Positions 1 to 7,573 of a stretch of 55,573 nt of DNA are shown piece after piece. Below the pieces are notes generated by a model that was not told where the DNA came from, did no database searches, and worked only from the letters and a program-made list of their open reading frames with translations. The translations under genes were made by a program, and so were the position numbers. Source of the DNA: a virus (lineage: Duplodnaviria; Caudoviricetes); IMG/VR virus record IMGVR_UViG_3300046000_004360, positions 1 to 55,573 of that record; one strand, given 5' to 3'. Position 1 is the stretch's first letter; every line of letters starts with the position of its first letter.

Positions 1-407
1 GTGGCATGAGGCTGCATGTTAATTCCGATGGTGTCTGTGCCAACTTGCGTCTGTGGAAACTCAATATTCAGGCAAATTGACGTGCCGCCCGGTACTGTGT
101 CGTAGACATCGCAATGTATACCTGCTGCCCAAAATGCACCATTTTTAACGGCTGTGCCATGTACCCCAACAATATCGTGTACACCCCATGAACCGACGTT
201 ACCATTGCCTCTAGCTATGCCGTACATGCTGAAATTTGCGCCTGCTGACCCGCTGCTAAAATCCATCGAAGTATCAGACTTGATACCTGTATGCAATCCA
301 TTGGCAGCCGAGAAATTACCTGTAATCTTGTACTGGTCAACACTGCTTGAATTCTCTGCCTGCGCGGGATATAAAATCCACAGGAGTAAAAACAATATTC
401 CTCTCAT
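1..407 (-). CDS. Partial ORF (runs off left end); protein with an N-terminal signal-peptide-like sequence
   Basis: ATG at 407 just after the stop of 411..863; open to the window edge: MRGILFLLLWILYPAQA-ENSSSVDQYKITGNFS...INMQPHA. Not in the supplied ORF track; translated by hand. Confidence 0.7.
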   Translation of the reverse strand, partial: MRGILFLLLWILYPAQAENSSSVDQYKITGNFSAANGLHTGIKSDTSMDFSSGSAGANFSMYGIARGNGNVGSWGVHDIVGVHGTAVKNGAFWAAGIHCDVYDTVPGGTSICLNIEFPQTQVGTDTIGINMQPHA

Positions 408-410
408 TAC

Positions 411-863
411 TTACGCTATTCTAATGATAGCAGTGCTGCTGTCGCCTACAGGCCACACAATAGTAAAGTTCCCTGCAGTAGAGGTCTTATCTGCGCCAAA
501 GTCCAGCACCATCACCGTGTTCTTACCTGAAGCCGTAAAGTTATATACCATCATACCCCGAGCGGTAACAGTAGATGTAGACCATGTAGTATCAGTAAAG
601 TCCATCCATGCGGTTGTACTCGTTGAAGTAGGCGCCTGAACAATAGCAATCGCCATACCCCCCGCAGTGTACCCAGTGCCTGACGATTCATTAGTTACGG
701 TATATGCCGTAGTAGTCGCGTCCATTGTAGCACTTGAGGTATATAAGGCGGCATAGAAGGTATCGGCGGCAGTACCCGCACGGGTGACGGATGTGCCGAA
801 GGCGTGAAGCCCTTTTAGTATGTCTACTTTAAAGCTGGTAGCGGTTGCGGAAGTGATTGCCAT
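411..863 (-). CDS. Putative virion structural protein (Thr/Ala-rich, beta-rich)
   Basis: 150 aa ORF in the tightly packed late operon; composition typical of tail/virion proteins. Confidence 0.6.
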   Translation of the reverse strand: MAITSATATSFKVDILKGLHAFGTSVTRAGTAADTFYAALYTSSATMDATTTAYTVTNESSGTGYTAGGMAIAIVQAPTSTSTTAWMDFTDTTWSTSTVTARGMMVYNFTASGKNTVMVLDFGADKTSTAGNFTIVWPVGDSSTAIIRIA

Positions 864-864
864 A

Positions 865-1143
865 TTACATCTCCAATAATTTAGTTAGTTCGGGGTGCCC
901 TGCTTGTCTAAGCCTATGTGATATAGTGTCCCGATCACACTTTACTGCCCGGGTTAGATACTCCACTAACACACCATGTATGCGCTCTTTAAATGCCTCT
1001 GCTTGGTCGCGGATGATAGGGTGGGCATCTCTACCTACGTACATGATTTTACCCACTGCCATATTAGCCAATTCTACTGGCGTATGACCTCGATAACTGG
1101 TAGTATGCACCTCTACCCCACCCGCGCTTATAGCTCCTATCAT
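865..1143 (-). CDS. Hypothetical phage protein
   Basis: 92 aa, AGGAG RBS upstream, abuts its neighbours. Confidence 0.7.
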   Translation of the reverse strand: MIGAISAGGVEVHTTSYRGHTPVELANMAVGKIMYVGRDAHPIIRDQAEAFKERIHGVLVEYLTRAVKCDRDTISHRLRQAGHPELTKLLEM

Positions 1144-1153
1144 CTGCTCTCCT

Positions 1154-1783
1154 TTAACTTATTCCGACGCGGAGCTGCCCAGACCTATAGGCGTCCCTGC
1201 GGTCTTTACCATCTCCTAGCTGCTTAAGCAACATCAAGGCTTCGTCGTACCGCTTCTGGTACATTGCAACCACTTCAGGCTCCCCCTTCATAAAGGTATA
1301 AGCCTCCAACAGCGCCCCATACAATAGAGTAGAGTCAAAATTATCCCCCAGCCAAGTAGTAGAAGCAGTAACAATAGACTCAGGCAGGTAAAAATAATGC
1401 AGCTCAGTAGTGTAGCTCGCATCGGGGGTGGGCCCCAGCAGGAACGTAGTGTCGTCGAATTGCGCATAGTGTGCTGGAGTCCCTGTAGTCGAGGGGTTGG
1501 GGTAAGCCTCACGGATAAAGTTCACATCCTTATTCAGTAAAAACTCATAATCCCCCGCAGCGGTAACTATAGCAAGTGAGAACGTAGCCAGCCAATCTGA
1601 AGGGCAGGTCAGGTATTTATTTCCCGATGCTACCGTGCCCGTCATGTTCTTGCGCAGGTTAGGAAGCTGTACACTGTTATATATTCGCTGCTCGGCCTGT
1701 TTTATAAAGGTGTCAACAGTCGTAGTAGAAAAAGAATCCTCTACGTAACTATTAATTGCGACTACTAGCTGTGCATAATTCAT
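1154..1783 (-). CDS. Putative head-tail adaptor / tail tubular protein A-like
   Basis: FIKQAEQRI...GTPAHYA...LGPTPDASY...LLYGAL pattern typical of podoviral adaptor proteins; position downstream of capsid genes. Confidence 0.6.
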   Translation of the reverse strand: MNYAQLVVAINSYVEDSFSTTTVDTFIKQAEQRIYNSVQLPNLRKNMTGTVASGNKYLTCPSDWLATFSLAIVTAAGDYEFLLNKDVNFIREAYPNPSTTGTPAHYAQFDDTTFLLGPTPDASYTTELHYFYLPESIVTASTTWLGDNFDSTLLYGALLEAYTFMKGEPEVVAMYQKRYDEALMLLKQLGDGKDRRDAYRSGQLRVGIS

Positions 1784-1788
1784 TGGGG

Positions 1789-1938
1789 CTACTGGCTATT
1801 CTTAGAGTATGTAGTGCCCTTGGTTGCCGCGCCCGTACCCCGAATTGGTTTTGTGTTGGTAGCGGCAAGCTTATTAGGATACCCACCAACGGTAGGCACT
1901 GGGCATGATTTAGGCTCTGGTAATTTAGTCTTACTCAT
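1789..1938 (-). CDS. Small basic protein (49 aa) with RGTGAATKG motif
   Basis: Hand-translated: MSKTKLPEPKSCPVPTVGGYPNKLAATNTKPIRGTGAATKGTTYSKNSQ; fills the operon gap. Confidence 0.6.
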   Translation of the reverse strand: MSKTKLPEPKSCPVPTVGGYPNKLAATNTKPIRGTGAATKGTTYSKNSQ

Positions 1939-1940
1939 GG

Positions 1941-2114
1941 TTAGCCTTTCTTCTGAAGCATTACTCGCGCCATGTTGCGTCCGTAAGTTTTTCTGTCGTC
2001 GTTAGTAACCCCACCACTACCTTTGCCCCCCTTCTGGATACCTACACTTGCCCCAGTAGCGTTAATGGTTCCTTGGGTCTTGCCCTTCTTCTCAATTCCG
2101 TTGCCTCTTGCCAT
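1941..2114 (-). CDS. Small basic protein (57 aa) with GIEKKGKTQG and IQKGG motifs
   Basis: Hand-translated: MARGNGIEKKGKTQGTINATGASVGIQKGGKGSGG...; AGGAG RBS upstream. Confidence 0.65.
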   Translation of the reverse strand: MARGNGIEKKGKTQGTINATGASVGIQKGGKGSGGVTNDDRKTYGRNMARVMLQKKG

Positions 2115-2123
2115 AATAATCTC

Positions 2124-2468
2124 CTATGATGTAACTACTGTAACAGTTCCTAATGATATAATTGATTCTGTCGCGCTCTGTATTTGTCCTAGTGGATCGG
2201 TATAACCTACAGGGTCCCACCCCCACTGTATTTCCCTGCTTGCTGCTGTCTGGTCTGGACGGGGGTTACGCAATGCCTGTGGGTCTGTAAAAGTATACAT
2301 CCCTAGCTGTAATTGAGGATGGTCAGGACTCCAACACTCAGGGCAAGCTAACGTGGCGGTTACTTTTGTCTTTACTACCAGTGCGCGAAGTTGGCTAAGC
2401 TTATAGTGGAACCCACACACATCACATAGCCCAAGCGCCGATTTACCTGCTGCAAAATTAGAACTCAT
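2124..2468 (-). CDS. Zinc-binding hypothetical protein
   Basis: CDVC...CPEC pair; coupled to the upstream adaptor gene (TAAATG). Confidence 0.7.
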   Translation of the reverse strand: MSSNFAAGKSALGLCDVCGFHYKLSQLRALVVKTKVTATLACPECWSPDHPQLQLGMYTFTDPQALRNPRPDQTAASREIQWGWDPVGYTDPLGQIQSATESIISLGTVTVVTS

Positions 2469-3182
2469 TTATATAAACTGCTGCCTTGGTACCATTCTTA
2501 GGGGGGCTTTCTCACGGTCTTCTTCCGCCGCTCTTTGAAATTCCTCTTCATAATCAGCTTTGAGCATAGGGATCCGTGGCATCGCTTCAGGCAGTTTCAT
2601 ACTCAAGTAATATGCCAATCCCGCTACCAGAGCGGGTAAGAAACGATAAGGCACGTCTTGGGTATTAACACCACTACCTGCATCTTGAATCCTGCGAAGC
2701 CGCCAATATTGAAAAGTATAGGTATCATTATCAGGTACGGGCCACACAGTAATTGTAGGGTAAGAAATAGTGCTTGTGGGTGTGGGCCCAGTAGCACCCG
2801 ATTGTCGGTCTATGTAAACTTGTAATGGTCGGCCTGTAGAGTTCTTGTTTGGTAGCGTCGCATAGGTTGACACGCTAATACGACTTATGTTAATATCTAC
2901 CTGTGTAGTGGTCGTACCTGTACGTACAACGTGATCCAATAAATCAACCGTATCCAAAGGCAAGTTATAGGTAGCGGTGCCCGACACAAGCGGGATAGAC
3001 CCCTGCTCTACAGTCCATAAATTTATTCCGCGATTTTGCCACGCGATTAACATTATATTCAAAGACCTACGAGCGGTCTTTAAGTCGTAACCTGAGCGGC
3101 TTTCTGATCCGCAGCGCTCAAAACTTTCCTCTACTAAATTAACTAAGTCTAGGTTGAATGTAGTTGTGTCGGTAGTTGCCAT
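2469..3182 (-). CDS. Putative adaptor / tail tubular protein (second adaptor-like protein)
   Basis: ARRSLN...WQNRGINLW...GRP...VWPVPD...ALVAGLAYYL pattern; late-operon context. Confidence 0.55.
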   Translation of the reverse strand: MATTDTTTFNLDLVNLVEESFERCGSESRSGYDLKTARRSLNIMLIAWQNRGINLWTVEQGSIPLVSGTATYNLPLDTVDLLDHVVRTGTTTTQVDINISRISVSTYATLPNKNSTGRPLQVYIDRQSGATGPTPTSTISYPTITVWPVPDNDTYTFQYWRLRRIQDAGSGVNTQDVPYRFLPALVAGLAYYLSMKLPEAMPRIPMLKADYEEEFQRAAEEDREKAPLRMVPRQQFI

Positions 3183-3329
3183 TTACTTACCCATGCGGCT
3201 TGTCGCCCGCTCTGCTTTAACCAACTTATCAAGTGCCGTAACGGAGCCACCCTTAGCTAGTTTCTTAGCTGGTTTACGCCCCGGAACCTTTAGTGGGTTT
3301 ATATCCCCCATGCCGCGTGATGGTCTCAC
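3183..3329 (-). CDS. Small basic protein (48 aa) with LAKGG motif
   Basis: GTG start overlapping the upstream TGA (GTGA); MRPSRGMGDINPLKVPGRKPAKKLAKGGSV... Confidence 0.6.
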   Translation of the reverse strand: MRPSRGMGDINPLKVPGRKPAKKLAKGGSVTALDKLVKAERATSRMGK

Positions 3330-3775
3330 CGGAACTTCCCCTTAGTGTGTCCCTTCTTTGCTATGCCATTAATGCCTTTGCTTTTTACCGCCCCGCCTTT
3401 TTTATACCCTGTTAGATTGCCATCTTCATCAAACGACTTATCCGTGTATAGGGGTTTGTTTTTGAAGTCCTCAACATCTTTAGCCGTGCCAAAACCCTCA
3501 ACTATTGCTTTAGGTTGTGGTTTACCTCTTCGTTCTAGCTCCCTCACGTTATCGTCTACTTTGGCTGCCCTATATAACGCCTTATCCGCCGCTACATCCC
3601 CCGACAATAACCTCTCATACATGATCTTGGAATCTGGATCTGTGGGCCGCTTTCTTTTTTCATAGGCTGATTTAAGCCCCTCATAATCATCCTTAAATCC
3701 ATCAGCGGTCCAGCCAGCTATATGTTCCCGTTTGGCTTCAAGTTTAGCCGCCGCGCTCATCTTAAATGGTTTCAC
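3326..3775 (-). CDS. Hypothetical, possibly internal head protein (YKKGG; C-terminal GIAKKGHTKGKFR)
   Basis: 149 aa ORF with 4-nt overlaps on both sides. Confidence 0.7.
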   Translation of the reverse strand: MKPFKMSAAAKLEAKREHIAGWTADGFKDDYEGLKSAYEKRKRPTDPDSKIMYERLLSGDVAADKALYRAAKVDDNVRELERRGKPQPKAIVEGFGTAKDVEDFKNKPLYTDKSFDEDGNLTGYKKGGAVKSKGINGIAKKGHTKGKFR

Positions 3776-4464
3776 CTAAATTTCCCCTTTGTTTTGCCTT
3801 TGCACTCAATGCCGCCGCCTTTAGCGAACTTCATCTCGCTACTAGCTGCATCATACGCACCTTTTCTAGCCTTCTGTTCGCGGGCTTCGTCACGCATTTT
3901 GCGCATTTCTTCTTGCTCTTTAGCGGAAGGGGTGCCATCGTCTTTAGTGGGCGCGGGTTTTATTGGCCCCCCTCCATTAAACCGCCTTATCGTACCCCCA
4001 GTAACAGGAATAGGATTTTGCGGCATTCCTCGCGAAGCTAACCTAGCATTAACCAGCGTCTGCCCGGATAGCGGCTTATCAGGAGGAGGTGCGCGTCTGC
4101 TGTCAGCCGTAACTGGAGTTGGCGTAACAGGGTATTGTGGTGGCAACCCCCGCGAAGCTAACCTAGCATTAACCAAATCCCCCCCTCCAGCGAACTTCTT
4201 AACCTTACCCCCTTTCTTCATCCCCATGTTGCCCATATCTTGCTTGGTAGGAACTCCGCCAGCCTTTAGTCCTTTGATATAATCCCCTACGGAGAGGGCA
4301 CCAGACTTAAGAGCTTTACCTTTATCCATTGCGCCACGCGCATGGCCTTCGGATTTCTCCCCTTTAGCATATTGTTTAGGTGAAATCTTCCCGGACTTAA
4401 CTGCACGGGCTTCGCTGGATTCTTCCGCCTTTGATTCCTTACCTTTAAACATCTTGGTAGCCAT
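3772..4464 (-). CDS. Lys/Gly-rich, possibly internal head protein with five xxxGG motifs
   Basis: Start re-assigned to MATKMFKG (4464, GGGG RBS); internal duplication LVNARLASRGxP; C-terminal GIECKGKTKGKFR. Confidence 0.7.
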   Translation of the reverse strand: MATKMFKGKESKAEESSEARAVKSGKISPKQYAKGEKSEGHARGAMDKGKALKSGALSVGDYIKGLKAGGVPTKQDMGNMGMKKGGKVKKFAGGGDLVNARLASRGLPPQYPVTPTPVTADSRRAPPPDKPLSGQTLVNARLASRGMPQNPIPVTGGTIRRFNGGGPIKPAPTKDDGTPSAKEQEEMRKMRDEAREQKARKGAYDAASSEMKFAKGGGIECKGKTKGKFR

Positions 4465-4466
4465 AA

Positions 4467-4709
4467 TTATTTCCCCGCTAAATAGTGAATTGCCTGCATA
4501 GTAAGCGCCCCTACAGTTCCTGAAGCACCCCCAACAAGCATAAGCATCTTCCATCCCCCCTTAGCTTCCGAGAGGGTTAGGCTGATGGTATTTAATACTT
4601 TCTTCATCGCTTCCATATCCGCCATCAATCTATCCATATCATCCTGTAGATGTCTTATGTCTGATCCATGCACTGCTAATTCCCGCTCCGCGTTTATTAT
4701 GGATTCCAT
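4467..4709 (-). CDS. Small coiled-coil + single-TM protein (XhlA/holin-like architecture)
   Basis: Heptad N-terminal region followed by hydrophobic GWKMLMLVGGASGTVGAL. Confidence 0.5.
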   Translation of the reverse strand: MESIINAERELAVHGSDIRHLQDDMDRLMADMEAMKKVLNTISLTLSEAKGGWKMLMLVGGASGTVGALTMQAIHYLAGK

Positions 4710-4712
4710 GAG

Positions 4713-5003
4713 TTATCCGTAAAAGAAAGTTACAGACGTTGCGTTAGTAATGGTTACATAGGGGTCTGCTTGAAACAACACCCCCTCGCCGGGGAATAAC
4801 AAATATCCAGTGAGTGTGGCGCCAGCAGGGGTATCTAATTTTATACGCTCTGTGCCGCCAGAGCCGCCATCCTTAAATGACAACGAACCTGCAAGCGCCC
4901 CCGATACCCAATAAACTGCCCTAACTCTGGCTCTGGGCACCCCGATAGCTGATGCAGCCGTGGCTGTAAGGTTCTTAGCCTTTACGTCAGTTTGCATAGT
5001 CAT
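4713..5003 (-). CDS. Putative small virion structural protein
   Basis: 96 aa beta-rich ORF ending VTFFYG, in the late operon. Confidence 0.6.
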   Translation of the reverse strand: MTMQTDVKAKNLTATAASAIGVPRARVRAVYWVSGALAGSLSFKDGGSGGTERIKLDTPAGATLTGYLLFPGEGVLFQADPYVTITNATSVTFFYG

Positions 5004-5015
5004 AAGAACCCCCTA

Positions 5016-5468
5016 TTACAGCAAGTTCAGATTTTGTACGTATCTTACTGTGATAGCCCCGACACCTGCGCCAGTATTAGTCGAAGTTACAGCAATCTTA
5101 ACATCCGATGTACCTACGTCAATAAATGCAGCGGTCCTAGTAGCATCGGTACTTGGGACGATATTGACCACGCCGACAGTGCCTCCCTCCGCTGCTGCCG
5201 CTGCGGTAAATTTAGTAGCTAGGACAGTCGTCCCAACCCCGAACGTAGAAGCAACCCCATCCCAAGCAGTTGTTACATATACGAGGATGTCTATGATTTG
5301 GCTGTTAGCTGGAATTACAATTGTGGTTGCTGCAGAGGCTTGGGTGATGGTGTTGGACTGAGCCATAACGACTTGCCCGGTATTCTTTACGTTTGTACCT
5401 AGAGTGGTACCTGTAGTAACTACGATAGTACCTGCTTTGATTGGACCGGAGAAAGTAGAGCTTGACAT
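5016..5468 (-). CDS. Putative capsid decoration/cement protein
   Basis: MSSSTFSGPIKAG N-terminus, Thr/Ala/Val-rich jelly-roll-like sequence, first late gene after the capsid region; AAGGA RBS. Confidence 0.55.
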   Translation of the reverse strand: MSSSTFSGPIKAGTIVVTTGTTLGTNVKNTGQVVMAQSNTITQASAATTIVIPANSQIIDILVYVTTAWDGVASTFGVGTTVLATKFTAAAAAEGGTVGVVNIVPSTDATRTAAFIDVGTSDVKIAVTSTNTGAGVGAITVRYVQNLNLL

Positions 5469-5475
5469 AATTGGA

Positions 5476-5552
5476 TTCCTTTATACGAAGTAAGGTTCAT
5501 TAGTCTCGTATACGTCTGCCGGGACAGTCTAATAAACCGGGGTGCCCGGATA
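5476..5552 (-). ncRNA. Candidate structured 5' leader RNA (10-bp stem plus two possible pseudoknots)
   Basis: Minus strand GGTTTATTAG/CTAATGAACC (one G:U); inner CTG/CAG hairpin whose loop CCCGG complements the 5' CCGGG; TATACGA/TCGTATA pairing next to the RBS. Confidence 0.6.
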
Positions 5553-5557
5553 CACTC

Positions 5558-5586
5558 TTTATACCATGTTTATCGGGGGTTGTCAA
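5558..5586 (-). promoter_or_regulatory. Sigma70-like promoter
   Basis: TTGACA-N17-TATAAA with extended -10 TG. Confidence 0.8.
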
Positions 5587-5597
5587 GGTATTATGGA

Positions 5598-5622
5598 CAA
5601 ATAAAAGCCCTCCGAAGAGGGC
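5598..5622 (-). terminator. Rho-independent terminator (copy 2)
   Basis: GCCCTC-TTCG-GAGGGC followed by TTTTATTT; C(UUCG)G tetraloop. Confidence 0.85.
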
Positions 5623-5668
5623 AACCTTGTCGGGGTTTGACTCATTATATGTTTATATATGGGGGAGG

Positions 5669-6526
5669 TCAAGCATATAGGAAACTCCATCCTTTATATA
5701 TTCCTTTGCTTATTGGCTTACCTGACTTGAGGGCACGGTTGATTGTGGGTGGCGCTAACGACAATACCGCTCGTAAATTAGTAATACTGTCATATATGAC
5801 AGTTTCTTCGCTCGGGTTAATAGCCACTACCTTCTTACTCATCTTCAGCTTGCTTTCTTCCGTGTGGGTTCTACCTAGCCAGTGGCCGTAGTGCCCAGCG
5901 GCTGCAGCTACCTTTATCTTCTCCATACCTTCTGGAGATACTTTGCGCCCCGGACCTTTTGGCACCCCTCGCTGTGCATCGCCTATTTTGCGCTTTACTT
6001 CGTCTGGTTGTTTCTTTCCATATAAATAGTGGTTTTCGCCTGCGTGAAGGCCGACGCGATTTTCGCTCATTTTTTGTTTGGCCTCTTTGGTGTGGTTTAT
6101 TCCATACATAGGATGTTTTTCTGGGGCCTTGAAGTAATAGGATTTTAGGGTGCCTGAAATTGCCTGTTTATGTTCCTCGGTTCTCGGGATGCCAAATAAC
6201 GGATTATCTTCCCCAAATAACCCCCGCATAGGTGCATCAGAATATCGACTTAAATTATAGCAGTGATCTTTTCCTACGTGTTCTGCCAACCATACATCTT
6301 CTGCGGCTTGTAGTGATTCACCTTCCGGCACGGTTTCAACTATACGGAAAATAAAGTTCTGTTCCCCATACTTATTCCATGCGGCTTGCAGATGTTTTGC
6401 GTGGTGTTGGTTAGTTCTAAGTCTATTTCTATGGCACCTAAACCTATCCTTGTGTTTTACTGTACTCCCTACATAGAACTTTCCGTTTACGAGATTAATT
6501 ATTTTGTATATGTACTGTTCTCTCAT
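5669..6526 (-). CDS. Freestanding GIY-YIG homing endonuclease with NUMOD3-type repeats and NUMOD1-like C-terminus
   Basis: YIYKIINLVNGKFYVGS...R...H; repeats HTKEAKQKMS and HTEESKLKMS; start moved to 6526 because the 6562 ATG overlaps the promoter -10. Confidence 0.9.
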   Translation of the reverse strand: MREQYIYKIINLVNGKFYVGSTVKHKDRFRCHRNRLRTNQHHAKHLQAAWNKYGEQNFIFRIVETVPEGESLQAAEDVWLAEHVGKDHCYNLSRYSDAPMRGLFGEDNPLFGIPRTEEHKQAISGTLKSYYFKAPEKHPMYGINHTKEAKQKMSENRVGLHAGENHYLYGKKQPDEVKRKIGDAQRGVPKGPGRKVSPEGMEKIKVAAAAGHYGHWLGRTHTEESKLKMSKKVVAINPSEETVIYDSITNLRAVLSLAPPTINRALKSGKPISKGIYKGWSFLYA

Positions 6527-6560
6527 ACTTACCCCCATAGTTATTAACCTACTAAAAATC

Positions 6561-6588
6561 ATTATACGCGCTTTGGCGCGTTTGTCAA
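6561..6588 (-). promoter_or_regulatory. Consensus sigma70 promoter for the endonuclease, with a palindrome in the spacer
   Basis: TTGACA-N16-TATAAT; ACGCGC...GCGCGT inverted repeat across the spacer. Confidence 0.8.
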
Positions 6589-6597
6589 TAAAATAGG

Positions 6598-6623
6598 CAA
6601 ATAAAAAGCCCTCCGAAGAGGGC
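6598..6623 (-). terminator. Rho-independent terminator after the major capsid gene (copy 1)
   Basis: Same GCCCTC-TTCG-GAGGGC hairpin followed by TTTTTATTT. Confidence 0.85.
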
Positions 6624-6651
6624 TAGTTTCCTACATAACTACTTGATTCTA

Positions 6652-7560
6652 CTAAGCTCCTGCGGAACCGTAAATTCCCAAGGGCTCGCTGAAGCCAAAA
6701 GAATACCTCTCACGCGCCTTATAACGTACATTTCCAGTCTCAAAATCTCCGAGGAAATCTGTAGACAGTGGCGACCTAATAAAATGCTTCAGGCCGTTTG
6801 GAACGTCAGTTGTCAGGAACCACGCGTTAGTGTCGGTCAGGTAGTGGTTGATGGTATAACCTTCTGGAATCGAGCCGTTGTTCTTCAGCGCGTTGAGGTC
6901 ATTATCAGTAGTACCTACCCTGAGTGAAGTCTCCAACAAACGAGTTGCAACAAACTGCAACGCAGGAGGAATCACCAACTTCTTAGGTTTAGCAGCGATC
7001 AACAGCCCTTGCTCGTCAGTCCAAGCAGCGATCTGAATAACAGCGTTTTCCAAAGCAGTCTCGTTAAGATCTACGGCTACTGCAGGGATGTTGCTGTTCG
7101 TGGCTCCATTCACCAGCGGGTGCGAAGCAGAGCAAAGCGCCACACCGTCACCACCCAAATAAGAAGAAGAGAACGCATTGTTCAGCACATTAGCGCCCTT
7201 CACTTGCTTGGTGTATGCCATACTACGTGCCAATGCTTTAGTGTAGCGAGCAGACAGAGTATCATACAGGTTATCTTCAACCGCTTCTTCCGTCAGGGAG
7301 AACCCCAAGGCGATAGTTTCGTGGTTGTAACGAGCGGTCCATGCTTCCTGCGCATTTTGATACGCGATAGAGCTGCCTTCATTTTTGGTTGGCGCGGCGG
7401 AGAAACCAGACAGCTTAGTTTCTTCTTCAAAACTCCGCTCAGAGGTTTCGATTTCATAAATCTCTTTATGTTCCTCGCCATACCGTTTGTATTCCAGACC
7501 GAACAAGGCGTTCAGGCCGGGTAAAAGTTCTTTCTTTAGCTGTGCGCGACTAATTGCCAT
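6652..7560 (-). CDS. Major capsid protein
   Basis: MAISRAQLKKELLPGLNALFGLEY N-terminus, GDGVALCSASHP, KLVIPPAL, DFETGNVRYKARERYSFG: recognised aquatic-phage MCP family; strong RBS and downstream terminator. Confidence 0.9.
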   Translation of the reverse strand: MAISRAQLKKELLPGLNALFGLEYKRYGEEHKEIYEIETSERSFEEETKLSGFSAAPTKNEGSSIAYQNAQEAWTARYNHETIALGFSLTEEAVEDNLYDTLSARYTKALARSMAYTKQVKGANVLNNAFSSSYLGGDGVALCSASHPLVNGATNSNIPAVAVDLNETALENAVIQIAAWTDEQGLLIAAKPKKLVIPPALQFVATRLLETSLRVGTTDNDLNALKNNGSIPEGYTINHYLTDTNAWFLTTDVPNGLKHFIRSPLSTDFLGDFETGNVRYKARERYSFGFSEPLGIYGSAGA

Positions 7561-7573
7561 GATTTATTTCTCC

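Noticed and set aside
5669-6562. Group I intron around the GIY-YIG gene, and the ORF-track start at 6562
   Set aside because: Both flanking genes are intact and the gene has its own promoter and terminator; the 6562 ATG overlaps the -10 box.
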